A DNA stretch of 248,000 nucleotides from Hyalangium minutum (GTDB taxonomy: Bacteria; Myxococcota; Myxococcia; Myxococcales; Myxococcaceae), in the NCBI RefSeq assembly GCF_000737315.1, contig NZ_JMCB01000005.1, positions 20,001-268,000 of the forward strand, in the 5' to 3' direction. The notes under the pieces were generated by a model that was given only the letters and a program-made list of their open reading frames with translations, had not been told where the DNA came from and searched no databases. Each line of letters starts with the position of its first letter. Position 1 is the first letter of the stretch. Positions 229,595 to 239,507 of the stretch are shown piece by piece. A program made the position numbers and the translations under genes.

Positions 229595-230353
229595 TCAGCG
229601 CGGAGTGACGCGCCCGCCGATCTCCGGGAAGCGCTCGTAGGCCCTCTTCAGGGCGTCCAGGTGGGCGGAGGTGCCGAGTTCCAGCGGTGCCTCCGTGAGC
229701 TGGACCACCCACCCGCCCGACGCCGTGCGCCGCGCCCGAGAGAGCAATTCGGCGTCGCGCGAGGGGTCTGGGAATCCGATGGCGCGTGCGGCAGCGGCCG
229801 ACCAATAGTTCAGCCACCCGAGGTGAGCGGGAATCTCAGGCGAGCGCAGGTGCTCGAAGAGTTGCAGGGCGGGCAGCCCCCGGCGTGGGGACGGCGGCCC
229901 CTCTGGCGTGGGCGCTGTCTGATACGCGATGTCGAGCGCAGCGTCATCTGGCGTCGCGCGCCCCCACAGAGCGCACGCCCCCTCCGCCACGCCCTCCAGC
230001 AAAGCCGCCGCCGACGCGCTCACGCGCTCGTCCAGTGGCAGTTCCGCATACACTTCGAACAAGGGCTGACCGCCTGGGCTGAAAAGTCCATCTCTTCCCC
230101 TCCCGTTCACCGTCACGGGGTAGCTCTCGTCCCCGTTGCACAGGATGGGGAATTTCCCGCCCCGCGTCTTGTCTGCGAGCCACGCATCGCGTTGCGGCAA
230201 TGCGATGGGGCGCCCGCTGTCGGAGAGCCTCCACTCCAGACGCAAACCGGGGAGCGCCTTTTCCATCCCATGGACAATATCGAGCGTCCGACGGTCGTTG
230301 CCCACCAGCGCAGGCGCGAAGACCCTGACGATGAGGGTTCGATGCTGGGTCAT
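229595..230353 (-). CDS. DUF5953 family immunity-like protein
   Basis: IALPQRDAWL, IPAHLGWLNYWS, AYERFPEIGGR. Confidence 0.8.
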   Translation of the reverse strand: MTQHRTLIVRVFAPALVGNDRRTLDIVHGMEKALPGLRLEWRLSDSGRPIALPQRDAWLADKTRGGKFPILCNGDESYPVTVNGRGRDGLFSPGGQPLFEVYAELPLDERVSASAAALLEGVAEGACALWGRATPDDAALDIAYQTAPTPEGPPSPRRGLPALQLFEHLRSPEIPAHLGWLNYWSAAAARAIGFPDPSRDAELLSRARRTASGGWVVQLTEAPLELGTSAHLDALKRAYERFPEIGGRVTPR

Positions 230354-230904
230354 CGTTGGCACCCCGTGACGACGATATGGAGGGTGTCATCCCGTTGCAG
230401 CAGCGCGTCTTTGTGCGCTTGGGTGCTCACCCCAATCATGTAGTCATATCCGCATGCCGCCGCAGCTCTTCGCTCCTCTACTATCTGCTCCATTTCCTTC
230501 TCAATCTCCTGCCTTCGAATGAAGGCAGGGTATGTGTCGAATTGATGGGTCTTGATCTCCCACAGCCTGCGCACGCCCACTTGCAGCGCATCGAAGCGCA
230601 CACCGCCCACGAGCACGTCCATTCCGGGATAACGGTTGGGCGGAAACGTGTCAGCGCATGCGTTATGCGGGACATCCCCTCCCGCGTGCGGCACTGGGAT
230701 GGGCGCGCACTCCGGGCGGCGCTCCAGCGTCACTGGGGCAGGCGGGGCCTTCTTGTTCTCTCTGGACCTCTTCGGTGTGGGGTTCGCCTCCGGTTCCTGC
230801 GAGGCCCGAGGAGCGTCTCCGGCCCAAAGGCCCGGCTCCCGAGTGGGCGGCAACACGCGCGTGTGCGGGCTTCGCGGCAGGGGCTCGGGGCGGACCTGCC
230901 CTTT
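230350..230904 (-). pseudogene. 5'-truncated DUF6310-type toxin lipoprotein
   Basis: HAGGD..HN.CAD, FDALQ, WEIKT; frame runs into the tonB stop with no signal peptide. Confidence 0.65.
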
Positions 230905-231691
230905 AGTCCAGCAGGAAGGTGTAGGCGTACTTCATCTCGGTGGAGACGGCCTCGCCGCCCTTGATGGCGGGCTTGAAGCGGAAGCGCTTGATGGCGTCTC
231001 GCGCGGCCTCGTTCAGCCCGTAGCCCGGCCCGGAGATGATCTTGGCGGCCACCACCTTGCCCTCGGGATCAATGGTGATGGAGAGGGTAACGGTGCCCTC
231101 GATGCCGGCGCGCCGGGCCTCCTCCGGGTAGGGAATCTTCACCTCGGAGGCGACCTTGGGCTCGGAGTCCACCTGGTAGATGGGCGTGTACTTGGGCGCC
231201 GCGTACTCCTTCACCTCGCTGGGCGCCTTGGCGGTGCCGTCCACCTTGCCATAGGCGGTGTTGCCCACGGGCGCGGCGAAGCCTCCGGCGCTGGTGGTAG
231301 AGGACATGGAGATGCCGACCACGAGCGGCACCGGCTTGGTGGGCTGCGGGGGCGGATCATTTGGAGGAGGCGGGGCCTGCTCCGGCGGCGGCGGAGGCGG
231401 CTTCTCGGCCACGGCCACCTTCACAGGGGGCGGCTTGGGCGGAGGCTTGGCCTTGGGTGGCTCGGGAGGCTTGGGCTCCTCCTTGGGCGGAGGAGGCGGC
231501 GGTGGGGGCTTCTGCACCTCCACCATGACGAGTTCCACGGGCTTCTGGACCACGGCAGCCGGGCGCTCCTTCATGCGGCTGAGCGCGAACAGGCCCACGC
231601 CGTGCGCCGTCAGCGAGACGATCACGAACACCAGCGTCGCCACGGAGGAGCGTCGAGGAGGGAGAGGGCTGTCGAGTGCCGCCTGGCTCAT
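230903..231691 (-). CDS. tonB: Energy transducer TonB
   Basis: TM, Pro-rich linker, YPEEARRAGIEG. Confidence 0.9.
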   Translation of the reverse strand: MSQAALDSPLPPRRSSVATLVFVIVSLTAHGVGLFALSRMKERPAAVVQKPVELVMVEVQKPPPPPPPPKEEPKPPEPPKAKPPPKPPPVKVAVAEKPPPPPPEQAPPPPNDPPPQPTKPVPLVVGISMSSTTSAGGFAAPVGNTAYGKVDGTAKAPSEVKEYAAPKYTPIYQVDSEPKVASEVKIPYPEEARRAGIEGTVTLSITIDPEGKVVAAKIISGPGYGLNEAARDAIKRFRFKPAIKGGEAVSTEMKYAYTFLLD

Positions 231692-231703
231692 CGGCGCCGG
231701 TCC

Positions 231704-232147
231704 TCAGGGAGCTGCGGGGACGGCGGCCGGAACGGGCGCGGCGTCCTTCTGGATGTTGAGGGCGAACTTCGCGATGCCCTGGCCCTTCACCACGTCGATG
231801 AGCCGCATCACCCGGCCATAGGGCAGGGCCTGATCCGCGCTGATGATGGCGCGGGTGTCCTTGTCCTTGGCCACGGCCTCGGTGACTTTGCGGGACAGCT
231901 CGTCCTCGGCGACCTCGGTGCCGTCGAAGTAGAGCTTGCCGTCCTTGTCGATGACGACGTTGACGAGCCCCTGCACCGTCTCACCGCCATTGGCGGCGCG
232001 GGGCAGGTCCACCTCGACCGTCTCGCGGACGATGAAGTTGGCCGTCACCATGAAGATGATGAGGAGCACCAGCACGATGTCCACCAACGGGGTGACGTTG
232101 ATGCCGGTGATCTCTTCGTCGTTGTCCTGCTGAGCGCCGCCGGCCAT
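231704..232147 (-). CDS. exbD: ExbD/TolR
   Basis: INVTPLVDIVLVLLIIFMV. Confidence 0.9.
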   Translation of the reverse strand: MAGGAQQDNDEEITGINVTPLVDIVLVLLIIFMVTANFIVRETVEVDLPRAANGGETVQGLVNVVIDKDGKLYFDGTEVAEDELSRKVTEAVAKDKDTRAIISADQALPYGRVMRLIDVVKGQGIAKFALNIQKDAAPVPAAVPAAP

Positions 232148-232150
232148 GAC

Positions 232151-232855
232151 TCAACGGCCCTCGCTGGGAGAGGAGTCCTTGCGGCCCTCGGCGCGCAGGC
232201 TGCCCACCAGGGCGAAGCCCAGGGCGTTGGTGCGGCTGGTGAGCGTCTTGAGCTGGCGGCTGAAGGCGTTGAAGGCGACCACGGCGGGGATGGCGACGGC
232301 CAGGCCCACGGCGGTGGCGACGAGCGCCTCGGAGATGCCGGCCATGACGGTCTGCTGGATGGCGGCGCCCTTCACGCTGGCGGAGCCCAAGTCATGGAAG
232401 GCCTTGATGATGCCGAGCACCGTGCCGAACAAGCCGATGAAGGGGGCGTTGTTGCCCAGGGTGCCGAGGAAGGAGAGGTAGCGCTCGTACTGGGGGCGCT
232501 CGCGGGAGATGGTGGAGGCGATGACTTGCTCGACGGTGTCGGCGCCCTGAGCGGTGGAGGCGAGGCCCTCGCGGATGACGGCGGCCTCCATGCCCTTCTT
232601 GCCCTGGATGGCGGTGCGAACGGCGTCGAACTCGCCGCGGGCCAGCTTGAGGGCGAGGGCCTCGGAGTCGGGCAGCCGGTGGGTGGCGAAGTAGACGGCG
232701 CGCTCCAGCATGAGGGCGATGGAGAGCACGGAGAGGACGACGAGGAGCCAGAGCACCCACTCGGCGCTGGTGAGGGTGACGCCGAGCAGCTTGCGGCTCA
232801 GCCAGCCGACCTCGGGAGTGGTGGCGGCCTGGGCGAGAAGGAGGAGGGACGTCAT
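232151..232855 (-). CDS. exbB: ExbB/TolQ
   Basis: PFIGLFGTV.GI, ALVATAVGL. Confidence 0.9.
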   Translation of the reverse strand: MTSLLLLAQAATTPEVGWLSRKLLGVTLTSAEWVLWLLVVLSVLSIALMLERAVYFATHRLPDSEALALKLARGEFDAVRTAIQGKKGMEAAVIREGLASTAQGADTVEQVIASTISRERPQYERYLSFLGTLGNNAPFIGLFGTVLGIIKAFHDLGSASVKGAAIQQTVMAGISEALVATAVGLAVAIPAVVAFNAFSRQLKTLTSRTNALGFALVGSLRAEGRKDSSPSEGR

Positions 232856-233124
232856 GGAAGCCTGGAAGAGAGAGGGCACCGGCAGAACACCGGCCTTGCG
232901 TGAAAATTCACCTGCCGGGTGGGACGAAGCGCCGCATCCATTCTTCTCCGGGGCCGAAAAGTCAAATGATTCGGCAGGTTGGCACGTGTTTCCCCAGGCG
233001 AGGAACCGGCCTCTGTCTTGGAGCGTGAGAATCAGCAGGCCTATGGCTCGGAGTGAAGGCTGAGGAGGAAGTAGGCGAACGTGCGCCTGCCGACGCGCCG
233101 TGAAACGAACCTGTGACGGGCGGA

Positions 233125-233901
233125 TCAGCTCACGCGCCGAGCGGTGACGAGGGGTTGGTAGAAGCCGCTCTCCTGCGGCATGTGCCAGCGCACCTCGCGG
233201 AACCCGGCGGCCGTGAGTGCGCGGCTCAGTTCCTCGCGTTTGAGTGCGCGGTAGCGGGTGCGAACGCTCGTGGTGCTCCAGCCTTCGCCTTGGGGTTGGA
233301 GGATGAACAGCTCCACTTCGTAGCTGCGGCCATCGGCGGCCCAGGTCCACACCTGGAACGTGATGCGCCGAGACTCGCCTTCTCCGAGGACTCGCATCTC
233401 CGTAGGTACCGACGCGCCGGGCTTGGACTCCACCGCGTCGTAGTCGCGGATGGTGGCGATGAGCAGGCCTCCCGGATTCAGCACGGTGTGAAGGTGGTGA
233501 GCTGCGGCGGCAAGCTCCGTGTCCTCGAGCAAATGGGGCAGGGCGTTGTCACAGCTCAGCACCACGTCGAAGCGCTGGTGGATCTGCTCGCTCAGCGTGC
233601 GCATGTCCGCCACGGCGAACCCCGTCAGCTTCAGGCCTGCGGCAGTGGCTTCTTGCTCGGCGCGTGCAATGGACACGGGGCTGATGTCCGAGGCGAAGAC
233701 ACGATGCCCCCGTGCCGCGAGCCCCAGTGCCTGAGTGCCGATCCCGCAGCTCGCGTCCATTACTTCCTTCTGGCCATCTCCGAGCGCCGCCCGAATCAGG
233801 CCGTCCAGGATCGCTCCCTGGCGCTCGCGCGAGGCGGCCCAGTCCATGAAGATGAGGTGGTATCGCTCGGCGAGCCCATCATAGAAGCCGGTCGGATCCA
233901 T
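233125..233901 (-). CDS. Class I SAM methyltransferase
   Basis: DASCGIGTQ, DNALPHL. Confidence 0.85.
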   Translation of the reverse strand: MDPTGFYDGLAERYHLIFMDWAASRERQGAILDGLIRAALGDGQKEVMDASCGIGTQALGLAARGHRVFASDISPVSIARAEQEATAAGLKLTGFAVADMRTLSEQIHQRFDVVLSCDNALPHLLEDTELAAAAHHLHTVLNPGGLLIATIRDYDAVESKPGASVPTEMRVLGEGESRRITFQVWTWAADGRSYEVELFILQPQGEGWSTTSVRTRYRALKREELSRALTAAGFREVRWHMPQESGFYQPLVTARRVS

Positions 233902-233997
233902 CCCGGGAGTATGGACAATGTAGGGGGCCGGGTGGGAGAGGGTGCTCCAGATGGCTTGTGGAAGCCCCTCCGGGTGACCGACACTCTGGTCCCAGCC

Positions 233998-235554
233998 ATG
234001 GCCGTCAGTGAAGAACGCCGTTTCGAGGCTCTCGTGCTCGCGCCCGTCCGGCGCGTGCAGCGGCGCCTCAATGCGGTGGCCTGGGCTGAGGCGGGCATCA
234101 TCCCCATGTGGGCCGCCGTCACGGTCTGTGTCGTCGCCCGCCTGCTGCTGCGCGACTCCGCCCTATGGACCGCCCCCGCGTTTCTCCTGGCCGGTGGCGC
234201 GTGGTGGGGCTACCGGGCTCGGCACCGGGGCATCTCGCTGGAGCACGCAGCCGTGCTCGCGGATCGCTCAGCCAATGCCGGCGGCCTGTTGCTGACCCGC
234301 CTGGAGCGCCCCGTCGGAGATTGGGAGCTCTCCGTCAACCAGCTCGCCCGCGCCGTGAAGCCCCCCGAAGTCCAGTGGCGGCGCCCCGTGGGAGCCCTGG
234401 CCGGTGCGCTCCTGTTCCTCGTCGTGGGCTTCCTGCTCCCGCTGCCTCCGCCTTCCTTGCGCCCCATCAATGCAGCCGCAGCGGCCAAGGTCGCCGCCGT
234501 CCAGGCCAAGGCCGAGACGCTCGCCAAGGAGGAGCCTCTGGGCGCTCCAATGGAGGAGGAACTGCGCCGGCTGGCCGAAGAGGTCGCCGAGGGCCGCTTC
234601 GACGCGGGCGACTGGGAAGCTGCTGACGGTCTGGAGAAGCGCCTCGCCGAGCGCGCTGCCGAGGCCGCCGCAGAACTGGCGGGAGCCTCCGAGGCCGCTC
234701 GCGAATTGGAGGAGGCGCTGGGAGCCTCGGGGGATGCGGAGCGCGCGGCCCGCGAGCGCGAGGAACTGGAGCGAGCGCTCATGGCGCTCAATGGGAACGC
234801 GACCGAGGGAGAGAACGGGCAGGGCGGGCAGGACGGCAAGGAACAGCAGGGCCAGCAGGGCGAGCAGAATGGCCAGGGTGAACAGAATGGCCAGAGTGGG
234901 CAGGAAGGGCAGGAAGGGCAGAGCGGCTCCGTGAAGGACGGCAACACGGGGCAGGACGGTCAGCAGGGTTCGCAGGGCTCGCGCCGTACCGCGTCCGCGC
235001 AGGCCGGTGGCAACCTCGATCAGATCTCCAATCTCCGGCGGACGTTGGAGCGGCGGCAGCAGCAGCTCGAAGAGCGCTTCGGCCAGGGCAACTCGGCGCA
235101 GGCGAACAACCGCCGCCAGTCCGGAACCGGGCGCCGAGGCTCCCGGCAGATGCAGGGCCAGGGGCAGGGCGAGGGGGAAAACGGCGAAGGCGAGGGTGAG
235201 GGCGAGGGTGAGGGCGAGGGCGAGGGCAGCAGCGATCACGTCAGCCGCCAGGTCCGGCAGGGCGAGGGCTCGGGCGCCTCGCGTGGCGGAGGGAGCAACC
235301 CGCTCGTCTTCGGAGGCGAGGCGGAGATGGACCCCAACCGCCTCGAGTTCCAGCCGCTGCCCGAGGGCCAGGGCGGAGAGGCGAACGAGCTGTGGGGCCT
235401 GAAGGCCGCCGATCCGCAACGGGAAGGCGTCACGGTGACGCCGTCGGCGGCGAAGGGGCAGGGCGTGCAGGGGGACGCGACGCCGGGGTACTCCTCGGGG
235501 CCGCTGTTGCCGCGCAACCGGGACCTCGTGAAGCGATATTTTGGTGATCAGTGA
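233998..235554 (+). CDS. Membrane/coiled-coil protein with Gln/Gly- and GE-rich tract
   Basis: DUF4175-like architecture; ends V.RYF. Confidence 0.7.
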   Translation: MAVSEERRFEALVLAPVRRVQRRLNAVAWAEAGIIPMWAAVTVCVVARLLLRDSALWTAPAFLLAGGAWWGYRARHRGISLEHAAVLADRSANAGGLLLTRLERPVGDWELSVNQLARAVKPPEVQWRRPVGALAGALLFLVVGFLLPLPPPSLRPINAAAAAKVAAVQAKAETLAKEEPLGAPMEEELRRLAEEVAEGRFDAGDWEAADGLEKRLAERAAEAAAELAGASEAARELEEALGASGDAERAAREREELERALMALNGNATEGENGQGGQDGKEQQGQQGEQNGQGEQNGQSGQEGQEGQSGSVKDGNTGQDGQQGSQGSRRTASAQAGGNLDQISNLRRTLERRQQQLEERFGQGNSAQANNRRQSGTGRRGSRQMQGQGQGEGENGEGEGEGEGEGEGEGSSDHVSRQVRQGEGSGASRGGGSNPLVFGGEAEMDPNRLEFQPLPEGQGGEANELWGLKAADPQREGVTVTPSAAKGQGVQGDATPGYSSGPLLPRNRDLVKRYFGDQ

Positions 235555-235569
235555 CAGAGAGGAGCCGAC

Positions 235570-236565
235570 GTGTCTGAGCTTCTGAGCCCCGCCGAAGTCC
235601 AGGGGGCGGCGGAGGTTGCGGCCCAGCTGAAGAAGGGCCTCAACCAGGTGCTGCTCGATCAAGAGTCCGTGGTCGAGCAGGTCGTGGTCGCGGTGCTCGC
235701 GCGAGGCCACGTGCTGCTCGAGGGCCTGCCGGGTCTCGGCAAGACAGAGCTGTGCAAGGCGATGGCGCGGCTGCTGGCGCTGCCCTTCCGCCGCATCCAG
235801 TTCACCCCGGACCTGCTGCCCGGCGACATCACCGGCACCTACGTGCTGGAGGGAGAGGGCCGCCGCGAGTTCACCTTCCGCGAGGGCCCCCTGTTCGCCA
235901 GCGTTGTCCTCGCGGACGAGATCAACCGCTCCAGCCCCAAGACGCAGTCCGCGCTGCTGGAGGCGATGCAGGAGCGGAGCGTGACGGTGCTCGGGCAGAC
236001 GCGCGCGCTGCCGGATCCGTTCTTCGTGCTGGCCACGCAGAACCCCATCGAGCTGGAGGGCACCTACCCGCTGCCCGAGGCGCAGCTCGATCGCTTCCTC
236101 TTCCGCGTCCAGGTGCCGCCCGTAGGGGCCAAGACGCTGAGCACCCTGCTCACCACCCGCGTGCGCGGCGCGCCTCCCGCGCTCCCGTCCGTGCTCGACG
236201 GCGAGAGCCTGGGGCGCCTCTTCGCCGCGACGGACCGGGTGCACCTGCCCGGGCCCGTGGCCGACTTCATCGGCCGCCTGGTGGAGGCCAGCGACCCGCG
236301 TCAGGCCCACGCTCCGGACTCGGTGCGCCGGTTCGTTCGCTATGGGGCCTCGCCTCGTGCCGCGCTGGGACTCGCCGCTGCTGGCCGGGCGCTGGCGCTG
236401 CTCCGGGGCAAGCCCAACGTGGGCTTCGACGAGGTGACGACTGTGGCGCCCGCCATCCTCAACCACCGGCTCGTGCTCGCCTACGAGGCCTCGCTGGAGA
236501 AGGTGTCCTCCACCGAGGTCATCCGCGCGCTGCTCCAGGCTGTGCCCGAGGTGCCACGTGCGTAG
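235570..236565 (+). CDS. MoxR family AAA+ ATPase, second copy
   Basis: GLPGLGKT, RIQFTPDLLPGD, DEINR. Confidence 0.92.
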   Translation: MSELLSPAEVQGAAEVAAQLKKGLNQVLLDQESVVEQVVVAVLARGHVLLEGLPGLGKTELCKAMARLLALPFRRIQFTPDLLPGDITGTYVLEGEGRREFTFREGPLFASVVLADEINRSSPKTQSALLEAMQERSVTVLGQTRALPDPFFVLATQNPIELEGTYPLPEAQLDRFLFRVQVPPVGAKTLSTLLTTRVRGAPPALPSVLDGESLGRLFAATDRVHLPGPVADFIGRLVEASDPRQAHAPDSVRRFVRYGASPRAALGLAAAGRALALLRGKPNVGFDEVTTVAPAILNHRLVLAYEASLEKVSSTEVIRALLQAVPEVPRA

Positions 236566-238498
236566 CTCCGTGCAGGCCTGGCTTCTATGCGCCACGCTGC
236601 TGGCTGGGAGCGCCGGATTCGCGCAGCCCCTGGCCGCGAGTGTGTCTGGGCCTGTGGAACTCGTGCTGAGGACCTCGCCGCCGCCACCACCACCGCCGGT
236701 GGTTCCCGCTCCGGCGGAGGAAACAGACGCGGCACCCGAGGAGGCGGCTCCCGCGGATGACTCGGAGGCCACGGAGGACGCCACCGCCAAGGAGGCCGCT
236801 GTCGCCGAGGACGTCGAGCATGAAGTGGTGCGCTCCGGCTACGCGGACACAACGGGCAACCTGCAGAACCTGGAGGACATGGACGGGCTGCGCGTCTCGG
236901 TTCGCTCGGGCGCGCTGCGCGCGAAGCGCGGGTACACGCCCGTGGAGGTGACGCTGTACAACACTGAGAACGTGCCCAGGCCGGTGCGCCTCCGCTTCCA
237001 GGGGTACAGCTCGGGCTCCTCCACCACGGAGCGTGTGGTGGAGCTGGGCGCGCGACAGCGGCTCACCACGCACCTGCTCGTTCCCGCGCCCGTCGCGTCC
237101 GGCATGTTCACCGTGGATGGGCCTGGCATCCGTTCCCGCAACACGGGCGTGTACCTGGATGAGGGCAACACGCCCACGGCCCTGGTGCTCGGCTCCTCCA
237201 AGGCCTTCGAGGCGGTGACCGGGATTCACCGCGTTGAGGACCCCAAGCCCGCCGAGGTGGATGTCCGCTTCGTGCCCGTGCAGGACGCGCCCCGGGAGCT
237301 GGCCGCCTACGTGGGCTTCCCCGTGGTGCTGGTGACCGAGGAAGTGGCCTCGGTGCCCTCGGATGTGTGGGCGGCGCTGGAGAGCTACGCCGCGGCGGGG
237401 GGCTCTCTGCTGATAGCCCTGCCTCCGCGCGACCTGCCGCAGCGCCTGCCGCTGCTCAACCTGGAACCCCAGCGCGACACGTGGAACGACTACGGCTTCG
237501 GCCAGGTGTACCTGTGCCAGTCCGGAGCGAGGGACTGCGGCAACGCGGCGCTATTGGTGGATCAGGACAGCAAGCCTCCGGTGGACCCGATAGGGCCGCC
237601 GCCGCGCTGGGAGAACAACCGCTTCGCGCTGAACGGCGGTGAGACGCCGCTGCTGCCCAATGCCCTGGTGCCGCTGGGCCGCTTCCTCTTCTTCATCTTC
237701 CTGTTCTCACTGGCGGTGGGGCCGGGCGGGCTCATCCTTGCGCGACGCAAGGGCCCCGTGGCGCTGCTGATCGGCGTGCCCGCCGTGTCGCTGGTCACCT
237801 GCCTGGTCATCGTCGGCAACTCGTTGCTGGTGGACGGCTTCGTCACCCACGCCTCGCGCTACAGCTACACCTGGCTGGACCGGCCGAGAGACCGGGCCGT
237901 GACGGCGGTGGTGGGGGGCTACTACGCCAACCTCGCGGCCAGAACGGTGCGGCTCCCGTCCCACAGCGTGTTGATGGCGCCCGCGGAGATGGACGACTGG
238001 CTCGTCGACGTGAACTGGACGGGCGGAGGCATGGAGGCGGAGGGCTTCCTCCCGGCGCGCACCTATGTGGAGTGGGGCGAGGTGGCGGTGGCTCCTTCGC
238101 GGGCTCGGCTCGCGGTGCGCCGCGAGGGGAACACCGTGAAGGTGCAGAACGCGCTGGGGGCTCCCATCCAGCGGGGCTACCTCCGGTACGGGCAGCAGAG
238201 CTACTGGGTGCCCGAGCTCGCCGATGGCGCCGAGGCCGTGGCCATCGAGGTCACCTCGGAGAGCGGGAGCGAGAAGGAACGGCGCGAGGCGCAGGAGCGA
238301 AACATCCTGGAGATCGTGGACGCACCCACCCCGGTGAAGCGCCGGGTGACGAAGGTCGGCGTGGAGTTCTACGCGCCGCTCGGGGAGAGGGGCTTCGTGG
238401 TGCGGCTCAAGGGCATGGGCTACGGGCCGCTGGCGGGCATGAAGGTGGAGCTGCACGAAGGGCTCCACTACGTGCGCGGGCAGGTGGATGCGCCATGA
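236558..238498 (+). CDS. Exported membrane-anchored hypothetical protein
   Basis: Signal peptide, two TMs; coupled within the operon. Confidence 0.7.
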   Translation: MRSSVQAWLLCATLLAGSAGFAQPLAASVSGPVELVLRTSPPPPPPPVVPAPAEETDAAPEEAAPADDSEATEDATAKEAAVAEDVEHEVVRSGYADTTGNLQNLEDMDGLRVSVRSGALRAKRGYTPVEVTLYNTENVPRPVRLRFQGYSSGSSTTERVVELGARQRLTTHLLVPAPVASGMFTVDGPGIRSRNTGVYLDEGNTPTALVLGSSKAFEAVTGIHRVEDPKPAEVDVRFVPVQDAPRELAAYVGFPVVLVTEEVASVPSDVWAALESYAAAGGSLLIALPPRDLPQRLPLLNLEPQRDTWNDYGFGQVYLCQSGARDCGNAALLVDQDSKPPVDPIGPPPRWENNRFALNGGETPLLPNALVPLGRFLFFIFLFSLAVGPGGLILARRKGPVALLIGVPAVSLVTCLVIVGNSLLVDGFVTHASRYSYTWLDRPRDRAVTAVVGGYYANLAARTVRLPSHSVLMAPAEMDDWLVDVNWTGGGMEAEGFLPARTYVEWGEVAVAPSRARLAVRREGNTVKVQNALGAPIQRGYLRYGQQSYWVPELADGAEAVAIEVTSESGSEKERREAQERNILEIVDAPTPVKRRVTKVGVEFYAPLGERGFVVRLKGMGYGPLAGMKVELHEGLHYVRGQVDAP

Positions 238499-238526
238499 GG
238501 AGCGCGAGACAGCAGGAGGTGCGGCG

Positions 238527-239507
238527 ATGAGCCTGTTGCAGGTGAAGGGGCTGCGGCGCGACTTTGGCTCGCTGCGCGCGGTAGATGACGTGACGTTCGA
238601 GCTGGCGGCGGGCACCATCCTGGGCTTCATCGGGCCCAACGGCGCGGGCAAGAGCACCACCATGCGCATCATCGCCACGCTGGACACGCCCAGTGCGGGC
238701 GAGGTGCTGCTGGATGGGCAGTCCGTGGTGGACACGCCGGACAAGGCCCGGCCGCTGATCGGCTACATGCCGGACCGCTACGGCACTTATGACGACGTCA
238801 CCGTGTGGGAGTTCCTCGACTTCTTCGCCCGGGCATACGGCCTGAAGGGTGCGGCGCGGAAGAAGCGGGTGGATTCGGTGATGGAGTTCACGGGGCTGGT
238901 TCCACTGAAGGACAAGCTCACCAGCGCGCTGTCCAAGGGCATGCGGCAGCGCGTGGCGCTCGGGCGGACGCTGCTGCATGACCCCAAGCTGCTCATCCTG
239001 GACGAGCCGGCGGACGGCCTGGATCCGCGCGCCCGCATCGAGCTGCGCGAGCTGCTGCGGGCCCTGGCGGATCAGGGCAAGGCGGTCCTCATCTCCAGCC
239101 ACATCCTCACGGAGCTGGCGGAGATCTGCGATACGTGCGCCATCATCGAGCAGGGCAAGCTGCTGGCCACGGGCAAGGTGGCGGACCTGCTGGCGCAGAG
239201 CCAGACGGGGGCCGGCACGGAGCTGACGATCCGGCTGGCGGTGGGCGCGGAGGGCGAGGCGGCCTACGAGCGCGCCGAGCGGGTGGTGCTGGAGCAGCCT
239301 CGGGTGGGGCAGGTGTCGCGAGAGCCTGGGCAGCTGCGCGTGCGGCTGGAACTGGAGGCGGGCGCGACGCGGACCCAAATGGATGAGGCGGCTGCGCGGC
239401 TGCTGGCGGCGCTGGTGACGGCGGGGGTGCCGGTCTGCGCCTTCAGCCACCGGGAGCTGAACCTCGAGGATGCCTTCATGACGGTGACGAAGGGGAGGGT
239501 CGCGTGA
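238527..239507 (+). CDS. ABC-2 type ATPase
   Basis: GPNGAGKST, LSKGMRQR, DEPADGLDP. Confidence 0.9.
   Translation: MSLLQVKGLRRDFGSLRAVDDVTFELAAGTILGFIGPNGAGKSTTMRIIATLDTPSAGEVLLDGQSVVDTPDKARPLIGYMPDRYGTYDDVTVWEFLDFFARAYGLKGAARKKRVDSVMEFTGLVPLKDKLTSALSKGMRQRVALGRTLLHDPKLLILDEPADGLDPRARIELRELLRALADQGKAVLISSHILTELAEICDTCAIIEQGKLLATGKVADLLAQSQTGAGTELTIRLAVGAEGEAAYERAERVVLEQPRVGQVSREPGQLRVRLELEAGATRTQMDEAAARLLAALVTAGVPVCAFSHRELNLEDAFMTVTKGRVA

Noticed and set aside
234830-235230. Short tandem repeats (CAG/GGC-rich and GAGGG[CT] hexamers) as a possible CRISPR or VNTR array
   Set aside because: In-frame low-complexity coding sequence; no constant repeat with unique spacers and no cas genes
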